From Tubiluchus corallicola (lineage: Eukaryota > Animalia > Priapulida), in contig JAQGDQ010000081.1 in NCBI GenBank assembly GCA_030141605.1, forward strand, positions 248,001-312,000: 64,000 bases of DNA, written 5' to 3'. A model generated the notes under the pieces. It did not search any database. It was not told the origin of the DNA and saw only the letters and a program-made list of their open reading frames with translations. Shown in pieces: positions 14,231-26,117 of the stretch. A program made the position numbers and the translations under genes. Positions within the stretch are counted from its first letter, which is position 1, and the number at the start of each line of letters is the position of its first letter.

Positions 14231-17200
14231 CTAGCTAGAATGTTGGGTCTTTCTCTTTTTTTTCACTTGTGGAAATTCTTCAAATTTCTTCAAATCACCA
14301 CTGAATAAAACCTAGAAAATTTTTTAATCAGACACATGAATCCTCACAATTTTACACACCAGGAGCAAGAATGTACTTGTACTTTAATTCTCAAACATGA
14401 ATTTCTGGTTTTATTATGAATTAAAAAACAGAATCTGTGTAGCTGGTTGCTGCACACTATTTTTAGCAAAAAAGGTGTAGAAACAAAACTTCGTAGTGAG
14501 TCTTTTCAATCAGTTTTCAACACCAAAAGCATCCATTCCTACGACATTTTCACTCTATGCTGTACAAACTAATAAAAAAGCAAGTAACCCATTAAGAATA
14601 TAACACAGTAAGGTTACTCACAAACTACAGCTATAAAAATGCTTATACTCACTGAATGAGCCCATCCTGCATACTCTCCAAAGAGTTCTCTAAAAAAATC
14701 TCCTGAAACAAGTATTTACGTTTTAATGTTTTCTTATATAACGTTTTTTTATAACCATGAATGAAAATTTCATCAAACTAGTACATAACTTTTTTGATCA
14801 TTTGCAATCTTTCGATTTTCTGTCAGTTGACTTAACAGTATTAAGTGTATGTAATTGTGCAATATGATATTCTCGTAGGAAACTGAGAGAATATGAGCTT
14901 AGTCATTACAAGCATGTTAATGTAAAATGCTAACTAAATGTATGTAGTATATTCAGCTGAAAGACCCAATGGTGAAACACGCTACTGGCATTGCATTTAG
15001 AAAACTGTGTTTTAATCATTTAATAAATTGTTGGAAACAACTTTTTTTGGTTAGATAGAACTCATTAAAGGAAACCACACCACAACTTAAATTATAGCTC
15101 AAGACAGTCACCCAACAAAATATCGAAAGGGAATTTACTATTTTTTCAAGAATAGCTTACGTGAAAGAATTATTACTGCAGAAATGAAAGTTCACATACG
15201 TGCGGCTAGTTTTTGGTTGTTACAAGCATTTCAACACTTGCTAGTTAAATGAGCACTAGCACCTGCATCTTGGAAAGACATTACACAAAAAACGAGTGCT
15301 GTGTCTAGAGTTGTTCATTTACGAAGAAGTGCACACGTTCAAAAGCACGTGTGAGTACAGCATAAAACTTGAAATTTGACTTTCGTAGAATACCTGAGCT
15401 ATTAAACATTACGTTCAGTTGTGATGTCATCACTAGTTGGGCGCAGCCACCAATAATTAAGTTTTTAACTTTTATTTAAATATAAAAAATGCTTTGGCAT
15501 TATTATAGGTGTTTAAATGTATACTTATAACTGTACTTCAAAATGGGGTAGCATATGAAAAATCATCCTGTTTTCCTTTAACCAATTAATTTGTGTTATA
15601 GTAAGGATGATAATTCAGAGCTGGCCTAGTTGCACTAGCTACGTCTGTCACAAATCCCTATTTGATTTTGTCATACAATTCAGCACACTGCCAGAATCCA
15701 GCATTCTGAATCAATGGCAGGGCCTACTCGTTATGGATGGTTGAGATAAGACCAGAACCTCGTTCGTTATCAAGGCTGTGCCGCTGAGATGATACGTTCA
15801 ATCAGCAGAGGTAACCAAGTTATCTTAAGATGTTCAAGTACCCTCTTCCAGACAGACACGTGCTGCATGACAGGTGAAACTGACCAGAAAGAATAAATAA
15901 CACAGTGTGTACCCATTGATTTACGAACGAAACCTGGCATTGCCCAACTGTCGTGACTATACAGAAATCACTCAGCAATTCGCTTTACCTCAACTACTTA
16001 CCAATCTGTTTATAAACTTTGTCATTTATAGACTTCACTTGTTTTAAATTTGGCATATAGTCTCTTGCTGCAATCTGCCACATATGCGTATCTACGGGAA
16101 TGGCTGAATGTTTGTCTAAGGACATCAAACACACACAGTCAGCAACCTGAATATTAATGAGTTACAAATTAACAGTTTGTTGAAAAAAACTGAAAGCCAC
16201 TGAGAACAACAATTAGACGCATTTTCAACAGCAAAAACATTTTAGTGAAGAAAATGCGGTGGATCCTCATTACATCTACCATGCACAGTTCATGAGAAAT
16301 ACAAAAATTTTTGTTGAACATTAGGAAAAGTTCTACACTTCTGACTGACTAAAATGCAAGACATAATTTTGCAATGTAATGGCTACACAAGTATTTATTG
16401 CCCATTTCTTCTAAACAGCTATGGTATAACAGCCCAAACTATTTTTGATTGGTTAATTGTTATTTAATACAGTTAAGTATACTTGGGTTTCACAGCATTG
16501 ATGGTCAAGTATAACAGTAATTCAGGTATGTCATTCGTTAAAATATGGCATTGTCTAATGTACTGATGCAGCTGTACAAGTATAGTGAAGCTGTTGCAGT
16601 TAAGACATAAGTTCAAACATATTCTGTGACCACAGTGTTAAACAAAAGTGCAAAATTATTATTGGATCTCATAAGTTGCTTTTTCATCCAATGCAAGTTT
16701 TATACCAAATTTGTAGTCCTCATACCCATTGCTTTCGGTACACAGGACAGCGCATGTAGTATAAAACCTGTACATTGCTCAGAGTCAGCCTATATGTGAT
16801 ACAGTTCAGCCAAAATATATATTTCTAAAATTACACCTATACTCTTACTTTGGCCCCAACTCCCATTAATTTGACTAACTCAGCATGAGCAACTTCGTAA
16901 GAAGCCAACCTGAGTGAATGAAGCCAGTTTTCATCTCGATTCTCCATGATATATTGAGCAGTAGAATTTATGTACTTAGCTCTGAAAATAAAAACCAAAG
17001 TTACCACTTTGGTTTATAAAGCCAAAAGCTGTTTCAAAACCATTCTTTCAAATCCACGCTTAATTAATGAAATTCATGCTTGTCAAATGAAGAATATCAT
17101 AATATTAGCTCTCTAATTTAAGAAATACAATCTGGTTTCATTGTCCAAACTGATAAAATAAACTTTTAAATCAGCTCAGAAATTTAAACACTGAAAAAAA

Positions 17201-20200
17201 GTTGTTGATTTTGTTGTTTACTTAGAATTTTTAAGGGTGCGATGGCGGCAACACCAAAAAATAATATAAACTAGTACTACAACTTTAATAAAAATCTAAC
17301 TTTTATACTACCAATTCAAGAATAAAATATGTAGCTTTACCTGTAGCCAAATCCTAATATCCTCAATTCTTCTTCTACTCCAGGTTTTGCTAGTGCTTCA
17401 ATGGTAGGAAATGAGTAATAATTGTTCCCATCTAAGTTTATTAACAGTTCACCAAAGCGTGCGCACATTCGTTCAACCATGCCACAAATACGCGAGATAT
17501 TGTTGTTTGATGAGCATATGAATGAAAAGAGGTTTTCAACAGGGTCCTGTCGGAGGATACGAATGCCTGGTAGTCTGGATGCCACAATTTTAAAATTTTC
17601 ATCTGCTTCACACCAACTAGCATAAAGACTTTCTAAATTGACATCCAGTTGAAAGTAGTCTTTCAAGATGTTACCATACTTCTTAGACTCGGTATCATCA
17701 GTTCTGGAAACGTCCTTACTGGAATCCGTAGTATCCAGATAACTAACATGTGCTGTTGCCATTGCGGTTTCATTCTGTCCATTAGGTGACGTTTTTTTTG
17801 AAGTTCTTCTGTGCTTGGTTTTCTATAATTAATAAACTAACAGATGAAATTTTCTGCAACATTTTTCACATCGAAATTTTCAATCTGACGTAAATGTTGT
17901 TCCACTATTTTTGATGCCATATCACCAATCTTGAAACATACTTTCACCTTAATAACTTAATGAGTAACGACCAATGAGTAAAACTGATTCCATGATGTTG
18001 CTTAATATTTTGGGCTTGTATCACTATAAAATCTTAAATGTAGGAACAAAAAATAAACGTGTGAATTAAGGCAAGGTCACAGCTGAAAACTTAACATTGA
18101 CATTGTTTGCAAAACTAAATCATTTGCCTTGAACATATTCACATAAAGAAAATGGTTGGCATCTCAAAACTGAAAAAGAAGCACGATTTTGACATTATTA
18201 TCAAATTTTAATGTTAAAACTCATCCCAGTGAAAAAACTCTTAGCAATTGTAATTAAGTCATCGACAAACTCTTGCACAGCTTGTCCCATACGCGTGTGG
18301 TAAAGGTTCACATTCTAACAGACCAACCTTTCATTGTTGATTTAAAGATTCACATATAGACCGAACTTTTATTACGTTGGTTTACCTTGGAAACAAAATT
18401 AATAGCATTCAATTCTGATTCTTGCTTGGCTGCACAAGGTACCTCTAAGACCTTATACAGAATATAATTATCCTTCTGTGATAGAAGAAACACTCTTTTA
18501 CCTAGCACACCTATCCATTCACCTGGCGTTCGTTCTATCCACCTGAAAATTAAAAGTGTGTCACATATAGCTATCACATGTCTATATCATCATGGTTTAA
18601 TTCATTGAAAATCAGAAATTCAGAGAATTGAAGTAGTTGCCATTCTCTAACACTCTTAAATTTAGACAAAAAATAAGCGTACTTAGCAACATAAGACTTA
18701 TTCGCTGTTGAAGGACAAACAAATTTTTTAGCAACAATTCAGAGATTCAGAGAATTGAAGTAGTCGCCATTCTCTAACACTCTTAAATTTAGACAAAAAA
18801 TAAGCGTACTTAGCAACATAAGACTTATTCGCTGTTGAAGGACAAACAAATTTTTTAGCAACAAGAGTTGATGATGATATAAATAATAATGATGTCAAAT
18901 ATGCTTACAACCTATAATGAGCCACTTGTTAAATTTAAAAGTTAGGTTATCTTCCAATGTGGGTAAACAGCAGTGCTGGAATAACAGAATGAATAAAAAG
19001 GTTGATACCTGTAACTAATGTTTTGTGTGCGACTGCACTTAGATTTAACTAAATGAACAATAGTCATTTCAATGAACTATATCTTAAAAATCATCTAGAT
19101 AAGTCAAGATAATGAAGAAACAGAAGCATGAAGGATAAATCAGCCAGCTGCAAAATAAAGTTCTGCTAAAGTGCATTAGTAATATAGGCATTACGCCTCT
19201 TCAAATGATGTTATCAAGCTACTAGTACCAACTTTAGAAGCAACTCTTTCATAAGTTATTATAATTAGGTTAAATTATGCTCATATTGAATTTTAAGATG
19301 AAAGGCAAAGGTAGTATCAAAAGTTAGATACCATTAAGAATATTGACTTAGTTTCACTGAGTGAAAGCGACTATCTTTAATTAGTCCTTACATGTTTGGC
19401 TATTTTATACTTTTCCATTTATTAAAAGCTAGCCATTTATTAAGCATGAATATAACAAATAAAAATAATTCCATTTAGACACGGACAACAACAACAACAA
19501 TAAATGCTTATTGAGATATGTTTGTTGACTACGCAAAGTTACGGAGATGATTGTGGTGGGAAGGGAAGATAAGATGCTGAGCCATAGTAAGTAAGCAAAA
19601 TAAGCAAATAATTTGTTTGTCTCTAAATTTTACAAAATAACATAAACAAAAGCGAAAAACTAAAATAAAGATGGAAAAGAGACGGGGCAAAAAGACTGAG
19701 GGTCACCAAGTCAGCCAACCCTATCTAAACTGAAGAAAATTAAGTGACCTGTCAAGAAGGATATGTACAAATGAAAATAATCAGCAACTTAACAAAAAAA
19801 TGAGGCAACAAATGAATTTAAATTTAGAAACAATAAATTTAACAGAAAATTTCAATTAAAATCAATAGACTAAGTCCAATTCAACAAAAACAAAACTAAA
19901 AATTACATATAAATCAAGAAACTCAATCCAACATAAGAACCAAAGAAAAAAGAATAAAGCAATGTCAAACCAGGAGAATTGTAAATCATCACCAGGTCAT
20001 GCACCACTTTACAAATTTAAAGGAAATTATGTGACCTAACAAGTACAGACAAAGAAATCATAATCAACATTTTAAAAAGAAAAAAATAAAGATGATAACT
20101 AGGGAGAAATTAACATGAATTCAAATATTAATTAGCCTTGGGCTAATTATGGACTATATGGACTGAGCCATAGCAGAGTCCATTGTCATTTTTTGGGTAA

Positions 20201-20901
20201 GAAAAACATGAAGGTTATTTTGTAAATTGTAAAAACAACATAAATTTAACTACAGTCATGTCAATATGTTTTAGTAAATTCTTTATACAGTTTAGCACTG
20301 TACAAGCCAGTATGCGACACTCAAAAGTCAGAACAGCAAAGTTTCATTTAATCCAGAAGATTGTGTGCTGGGACCCTGATCTTATTATTAACAAGGCTAA
20401 TCTTCTAAGACGAGCAATAGAGCCAGCGGAAGTGTCTTAGACATGTCTGGATGTTATTAAGGGATAAAGAGCTGGACAGCATGACTGAGAGAAATTCCAC
20501 AAAAAAGTTTTCCTGGCAGTCAACTATTCATTACTCAGTGGTAATTAGCTTTGCTTCCTAAGATAAGCTGCTTGCCTTTCTTGCATCAAGTGATCAATTA
20601 ATTTAGTAATTAAATTGCAGAATTATATATAGATGTTAAAGACCCTTCAAAAAATTAAGTTTAATTTTCAGTGCATTATCATCACTGTATTTTTGGTACT
20701 TTTAACAGTCTGGAGAATACAATTTACTAAACAATGACCACCACTTTTATCAACAAATCATTTCCCAGTTCTGCATACTACTAATACTTAGAACACAAAG
20801 TACAAACGAGTCAAGCTGCCAACGTACCTGAATGACTGTCCACAACTAAAAACAACACGCAAGTTAAGTTGACTCTTAGTGACAAATAACTTGTGCCACA
20901 T
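14231..20901 (-). CDS. OGG1: 8-oxoguanine DNA glycosylase / AP lyase, 7 coding exons, 373 aa
   Basis: Exons 20901-20828 (MWHKL...CGQSFR), 18542-18386, 17822-17341 (LRQDPVENLFSFICSSNNNISRI...GFGYR), 16981-16849 (HhH LMGVGAK), 16146-16002 (VADCVCLMSLDK...PVDTH), 14702-14653 (GEYAGWAHS), 14311-14231 (VLFSGDL...KKKRK...*). All phases are consistent (total 1122 nt) and the catalytic Lys and Asp are intact. Confidence 0.95.
18618..18864. repeat. Recent 120-bp tandem duplication in an OGG1 intron
   Basis: 18618-18737 and 18745-18864 are near-identical (one visible substitution), separated by a 7-nt spacer TTCAGAG. Confidence 0.9.
19650..20180 (+). mobile_element. Possible highly decayed 3' end of an I-group LINE
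   Basis: A-rich sense strand with fragments resembling KLKKIK...INRL...C-x2-C...H...C, the C-terminal CCHC region; heavily disrupted. Confidence 0.25.
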
Positions 20902-21237
20902 AGTGAACCAGGTTAGAAATCAATTGCTCCAATATCTGAAACACGATAACAAGAATATATGCAGGACTTCGGCAATCAGCATATCGTGAATATACCTGAT
21001 CCCTCACAAGACTGGTGAGCAAATATAAAAACTACCTCTTTGCAAGGTCAAAAACGAGTATTTTATTCAACTTGAAAATACCACTAACTTGAAAACAGCC
21101 TCAATGAATAAGTCATAGATAATCCTTAATGAACCAGTGAGGGTGATGTATAAAAACAAGAGAAAATTGGAAGGTGATCACAACAGGGAGTACATCGTCG
21201 TCCATCCATCAAGCGCTTAAATCCCTTTTATCAGCGT

Positions 21238-22850
21238 AACAGGTAAAGTGTGGTAAGTTTGACACATCTTCCTAATTTCATTCTATTGCAGGACCAAAGT
21301 GCAAAATCTCAATAGACTTTTACAAAATTTTGATCTTTATTAATCTACTTAATAAATTTTAGTCTTCCCGCAAAAAATTTCCTTTTATCAGATAGCCTTA
21401 TCACTTTTTAAAAAGTGTCAAAGTATCAATGTTGCCCCAAGGGTGGTGGTAACATTGGCAGTGCATAATTTTTGATTATTCAATACTGTTACCCCCAAAA
21501 TGGGAACATTGACACTTTTTAAAAAATGAATAGTCAAAGTCAGAAAAATTGAATAGTACTCTCATGCTGACTGGAATAGGATACTGATTTTCTGTTGGAC
21601 ATCATATTCATGGTACTTCAGTTGGTCCACTTCCAGTGATGGCCACTACATATCATCACACTGACAATTGCACAACACTGAATGCGGTTAATTGTCTCAG
21701 CGACTCCTGGGAGTCATAACAAACCTTCACAAAGTTACCAATTTTGAGATCACTGATTTTCACAAATGCCTCATCTTGATCATAATCATTTTCATTATCA
21801 CTGTCAGAGTCAGAGCTTTGAATGGTCCAGGTATAGTACTGGAAGATGCAGGTGTGGCATTGAAAGGTCCAGGTGCAGTGTTAGTTTCATACTCTTCTGG
21901 TTGTTGCTCATGTGCAAGTAGTTCGTTGGTTGCTAGCTTATCAGGAGTAATTTGCATACTATCTAGTAGATAAATAAAAGTTGGCAAATCCATTTACAGC
22001 ATTGGTTTGATTTGTGAGACAATTTATCCAAACATCTTTGAGCAATCTGGGGAATATCTTTGTCAAGATTTTTAAAATTGGAGTGTTTATAAGACTTTTT
22101 CAAAGTTTTGTTCCAATAAGATCTCACACTATTGAAAAAGCCAACATCAAGTATCTGTAATATGCTACTAGTGTAAGCAGGAAGACACAGAATTTCCATA
22201 TTATTTGCAATAACCTGGTCAGTAACCTGTAGATTAATATGCGATTTGTGGCCATCTAATATAAGAAGTTTATGACTTTCAAAATCTCTTGTTTCAGCCA
22301 AGAAAATATTATGAAACCATTCCAAAAACTGTGGACCGTCCATCCAGCCAGATGGAGAACAGTTGTATTTGGTATTTTTTGACACATCCCTGACACCAAG
22401 ATTGACAGAGGTGTCCTTTAAAACTACGTAACAACTCAGGAATTTACCATTGGCAGAACAGCATGCATGTACAGTGAACATATTTTTTGCTGAAGTTCCA
22501 ACTGTCTTATGTGGGTTTTTAGTACTTTTTTTGCAAAGAATTTTTTGTGACTCAATGTCTTTTTGGAACCCAGTTTTATCACAATTGAATATATTTTGAG
22601 GCTTACGTTGTGGACCTAAACATTCAAAAATATTAGTAAGTTTATTGAAAAAGTCATGCATGACCTGTTTGTAGCAGGTATAGGTTCTATTCTCAGGCAG
22701 TGGTTGTCCTACTCGTCATAATAACACACTACTCCCTCGTTTCTCAAAACTGCATATCTATTTTATTCCAGGAGTTGAATCACTAAACCTTTCAGATACA
22801 TCTCTCTCTAAGTTTTTCAGATATTCTTCTACAATGCCTCTTACACACTT
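21238..22850 (-). mobile_element. Degenerate pogo-family (DD35D, DDE_1) DNA transposon
   Basis: ORF 21963-22661 has IFNCDKTG, LLILDGHKSH and LQILDVGFF, with 35 residues between the second and third Asp. Broken HTH-like remnant upstream (22700-22850). Terminal-type motifs GGTAAAGTGTGGTAAG (21242) and inverted GGTAACATTG/CAATGTTGCC repeats at 21408-21525. Confidence 0.85.
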
Positions 22851-22989
22851 TTTTTATAATGCCTCTTACACACTCTGTCAAGCACCAAACTCATAGTCAG
22901 CTAGTTTGCATAAACAATGGACAAGTAAGTCATGCATTCAAGGGATTCTATTCACCTCTTTATGCCAGGCCTCCACACTCTCTGCAGCA

Positions 22990-23245
22990 AGTGTTTCTAT
23001 CTGTAAGGATCAGTTTTGAAGTGTTTAATCCTTCTGTTCAAAATATAAAATTATGTCAATATCATTAGCCTTGTTCCTCATAATCCCTAAAAGCTCTTTA
23101 AACAGTTTTAAACTATGTCCTCTAGTTTTAGAATCAACAACTAAATTACAGAATTTTTCTGGCAAAATGTTTTCTTTTCTAATATTTTATAAACTTCAAT
23201 AAGATCTCCACGGTGTCTTTTTAATTCAAGCATGGTCAAGCTGGC
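22990..23245 (-). mobile_element. CR1/L2-type LINE ORF2 C-terminal fragment
   Basis: Minus strand translates to LTMLELKRHRGDLIEVYKILEK and, after a frameshift, SKTRGHSLKLFK, the CR1 RRxRGDLIxxYK...TRGHxxKL signature. Confidence 0.8.
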
Positions 23246-24089
23246 TCAAAATAATTCCTGAACTACAGAATAAACCATATGTGACCAAATCCATAAAAAA
23301 TAAAATGACTCAAGTGTTCATTACTGTTCAACAGACACATGAGCAGAACCACTGATACATGAGATCTGCTGATGAATGATTCTGCTCATTTGAATCATAA
23401 CTACCAGAAGCAGTAAACACTTTGAAAGTGACCCACTCCAGTGTAAAGCCTCTCATGTAAATTACAGCCTCGGCAGTTTTCATTTAGAGAATGATCCAAA
23501 GGCTAGATGACATCAGACGAAAGCAAAAATCAATTATTCTTGATTTTAAACCTTCATCTATTCCAATTTATTTTGTAATCTATGCTGTAAAAATAAAAGT
23601 GTTAAACTTATTTCACTAGTTTATTGTTTCTGCTCACAGTCTACCATAATCGTACTCAAACACAGCTTAATTATGTAAAATGAGCAAAGGAAAACTAGAC
23701 ACTGCTATGCCAGTGGCTTGTCAGCACCGCTTCCGAAATCGATACAATAATCACATAAAATCAAAAGAAAATTGGAACCACCTACCAACCCCTTATATTG
23801 ATTATCAATCACAACGATGTAGCCTTTTGTACATTTTAATTTTTATTCTTTCTCCTCCCAAGGGCAGGCAACAGCATCACTTGTGTTAAATAACGGGAAA
23901 CCATCAGTGGATTCTACTGGCATTGGCGTTGGCAGCCCCAACGCGTGAAGTCAGATAACGATATGCTAACTGACTTACCTATCTTGCGTTAATGGTGTGA
24001 TCACGTCTGCTGCCACCTATGTACCTTAAATTTGATATCCTTATGTATAGCAGCACTTCAACTACATACGTTCTTTATCACTGAAACAG

Positions 24090-24320
24090 TTAGGACGTTA
24101 TGCAATCAGCACAATTTAGCTGCAATTATTGCGTGAAATTTTTAAAAAATGATTAATGTTTTTACCGCGGAATGAAATAAAGCAATATGCATGATCTTTG
24201 TGAGACTGCTTATGGGAAAATCTTTAAAATTGAATTCGAATTTGATTCGGACTCGAAATCTGGAAATTTGAACGGTTTGATTTGAATTCGAAAGTTACAA
24301 AATAATAAATTTGATTTCAC
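24090..24320 (+). mobile_element. Partial MITE, inverted relative to the copy at 28625-29018
   Basis: GCAATCAG...AATATGCATGATCT...GACTGCTT...AAAATCTTTAAAA.TGAATTC.AATT matches the reverse complement of 28700-28875. Confidence 0.7.
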
Positions 24321-25729
24321 TTTCTGACAGACAATGCTTACCTCTAATGGGCAATACAGAAGACAACAGAGTTTTGCATTAGACATAGTAAGTCTAAGTG
24401 CGCTATCAGAAATTGGATGTTGCCTTAAATGGCAGAGAAGATACAGTCATAGATAATAGTCCAAGACCAACAATTTTTAAAGAGTCAAACAATTGACGTC
24501 TAACATAATGTCACTCATTTTCGTTGACTGCCCAATCAGCATGCAAGTTATTTCACACACCTGCAGAGCTTAATTAACGCAGGTACATTCGGGACATTTA
24601 GCTACACTATTGTGACACCACCATCTAACACTGTTGTGAAAAATGCTCAACTTTTTATTTGTTAGCGGGAAAAATATTGGCCTGGTTCTACATTTTATTA
24701 TTGTCAACTGAAATTGCAAGTGAATTAGTGGAAATACTAGTTTCGTTATAGGAAGAAATGTACAAAGCATTTTGCAATCAAGAAAATGTGTAGTTTAGTT
24801 TAGTTTATGGCTTTGCAAGTTAAAAAATACATCGCAGGCATGAAAGACGTTCATATGTTCAAAGGCAAGAAGGACCTAGTATTTTTGTTGCTCATTTATT
24901 GTAAAGCAATTCTAACTGGCTTAGTTTCTTTATTATACTTATGTCTCTGTATTTTGTAGTGCTTTGAAACATTGTCTCTTCATTCTGTTTAAATTGAAAA
25001 GTCATTTTTTGGCTTGAAATGTTAATTTCATTTAAAATTATTTGCTGATAAGACATTAGTTGTGATTGCCATGCTGTTTAGTTCAGTTTAGTTTGGTTGA
25101 GACAGTTGTTGTCCAGCGTGAGCTGTTGTCACGAAAGCTGCTGAATGTGCATATGTTACCATGGAGGAGTAGCGATAGACCAATATGTTTGACATGAATT
25201 TATGGCGAGTTCAAACCATAGGCTAATAACTAAACCTATTTGCGCTATGGTGTTTTAGCACTAAAGCACAGATTGAAATTAGGGTCACAAACTGATTCAT
25301 TTTAAAGCTCGTAGAACAAGAAAATAATTACACAATAAAACAATAAAAATTTAATAATACAAGTATACATACAATGTACTTTGGCAAGGCAATACACGTT
25401 AAATACTACATAAACCGAAAAAATCATAATGGGCTGTGTGAAAAGTTATTTTCATAGATGAATGTTAAGATATGGCATACTGATACTAAAATCACAGTTA
25501 CATAAAAATTGTATAATTTTGCAATGAAAAAAGAAAATGACTTAAAAGTAGTAGGTATCTGTACCAGCTTTTAAATGAAAGATTATAAAAAATAATTTAG
25601 AGCTGAAAATAATTTGGTTGGTTGAAAATGATTTGAAAATAATAATACTCATAATTATTTTATCTGTATGAATTTGTGGATTTCGTTTGATCCACATGCA
25701 CGTACTGAAAAAGATATTTATGATAACTT

Positions 25730-26000
25730 ACCGCTAGGTAAATACTTAAATTTGTAGTCTTTCTAAGGTTACGTCACGCGGGTGTATTGTCGTATAGAGG
25801 ACCACCGCGTGGTGCCTTGTACAGCTATAGATGGGAGTCGATGAGACTGCTTATGATTACGTTGATTTTTCAATAATGAAGATGCCCGCTTTTGCTCCGA
25901 ACGGCCGATGCAAGTGAAAACTCGTGTCATCATTTTAATTTTAATAGTGAAATTTTTGTTTTTTTAGTGCGCAAAAACCGTGAATCCAGAGAATGAAGTA
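25730..26000. promoter_or_regulatory. CpG-rich putative promoter of HTRA2, possibly bidirectional with OGG1
   Basis: Local CpG enrichment, CRE-like TTACGTCA (~25769), palindrome CACCGCGTGGTG, and a minus-strand donor GCG|gtaagt at 25731. Confidence 0.5.
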
Positions 26001-26117
26001 AAATTTCTGTTCTTCGTGATTTATGCCTGCTAGTTACATTTAGATTTGTTTGTTCCTGTGAATGAGTATTTATTTTCCAAAATATACTGTCAGATTGTGC
26101 AGCAATTATCACGTGTT

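Noticed and set aside
14770-14882. Alternative OGG1 exon after an acceptor at 14883
   Set aside because: It would remove the conserved C-terminal helix, has no OGG1 similarity and has no convincing donor.
23340-23395. CTGATGA followed by a stem
   Set aside because: No GAAA box; explained by a simple 10-bp inverted repeat (ATGAGCAGAA/TTCTGCTCAT).
26046-26117. N-terminal extension of HTRA2 in the ORF track (likewise 32452-32562 for WBP2 and 10918-10965 for tubulin)
   Set aside because: These are non-ATG starts or intronic sequence; homology begins at ATG 26118, ATG 32563 and acceptor 10966.
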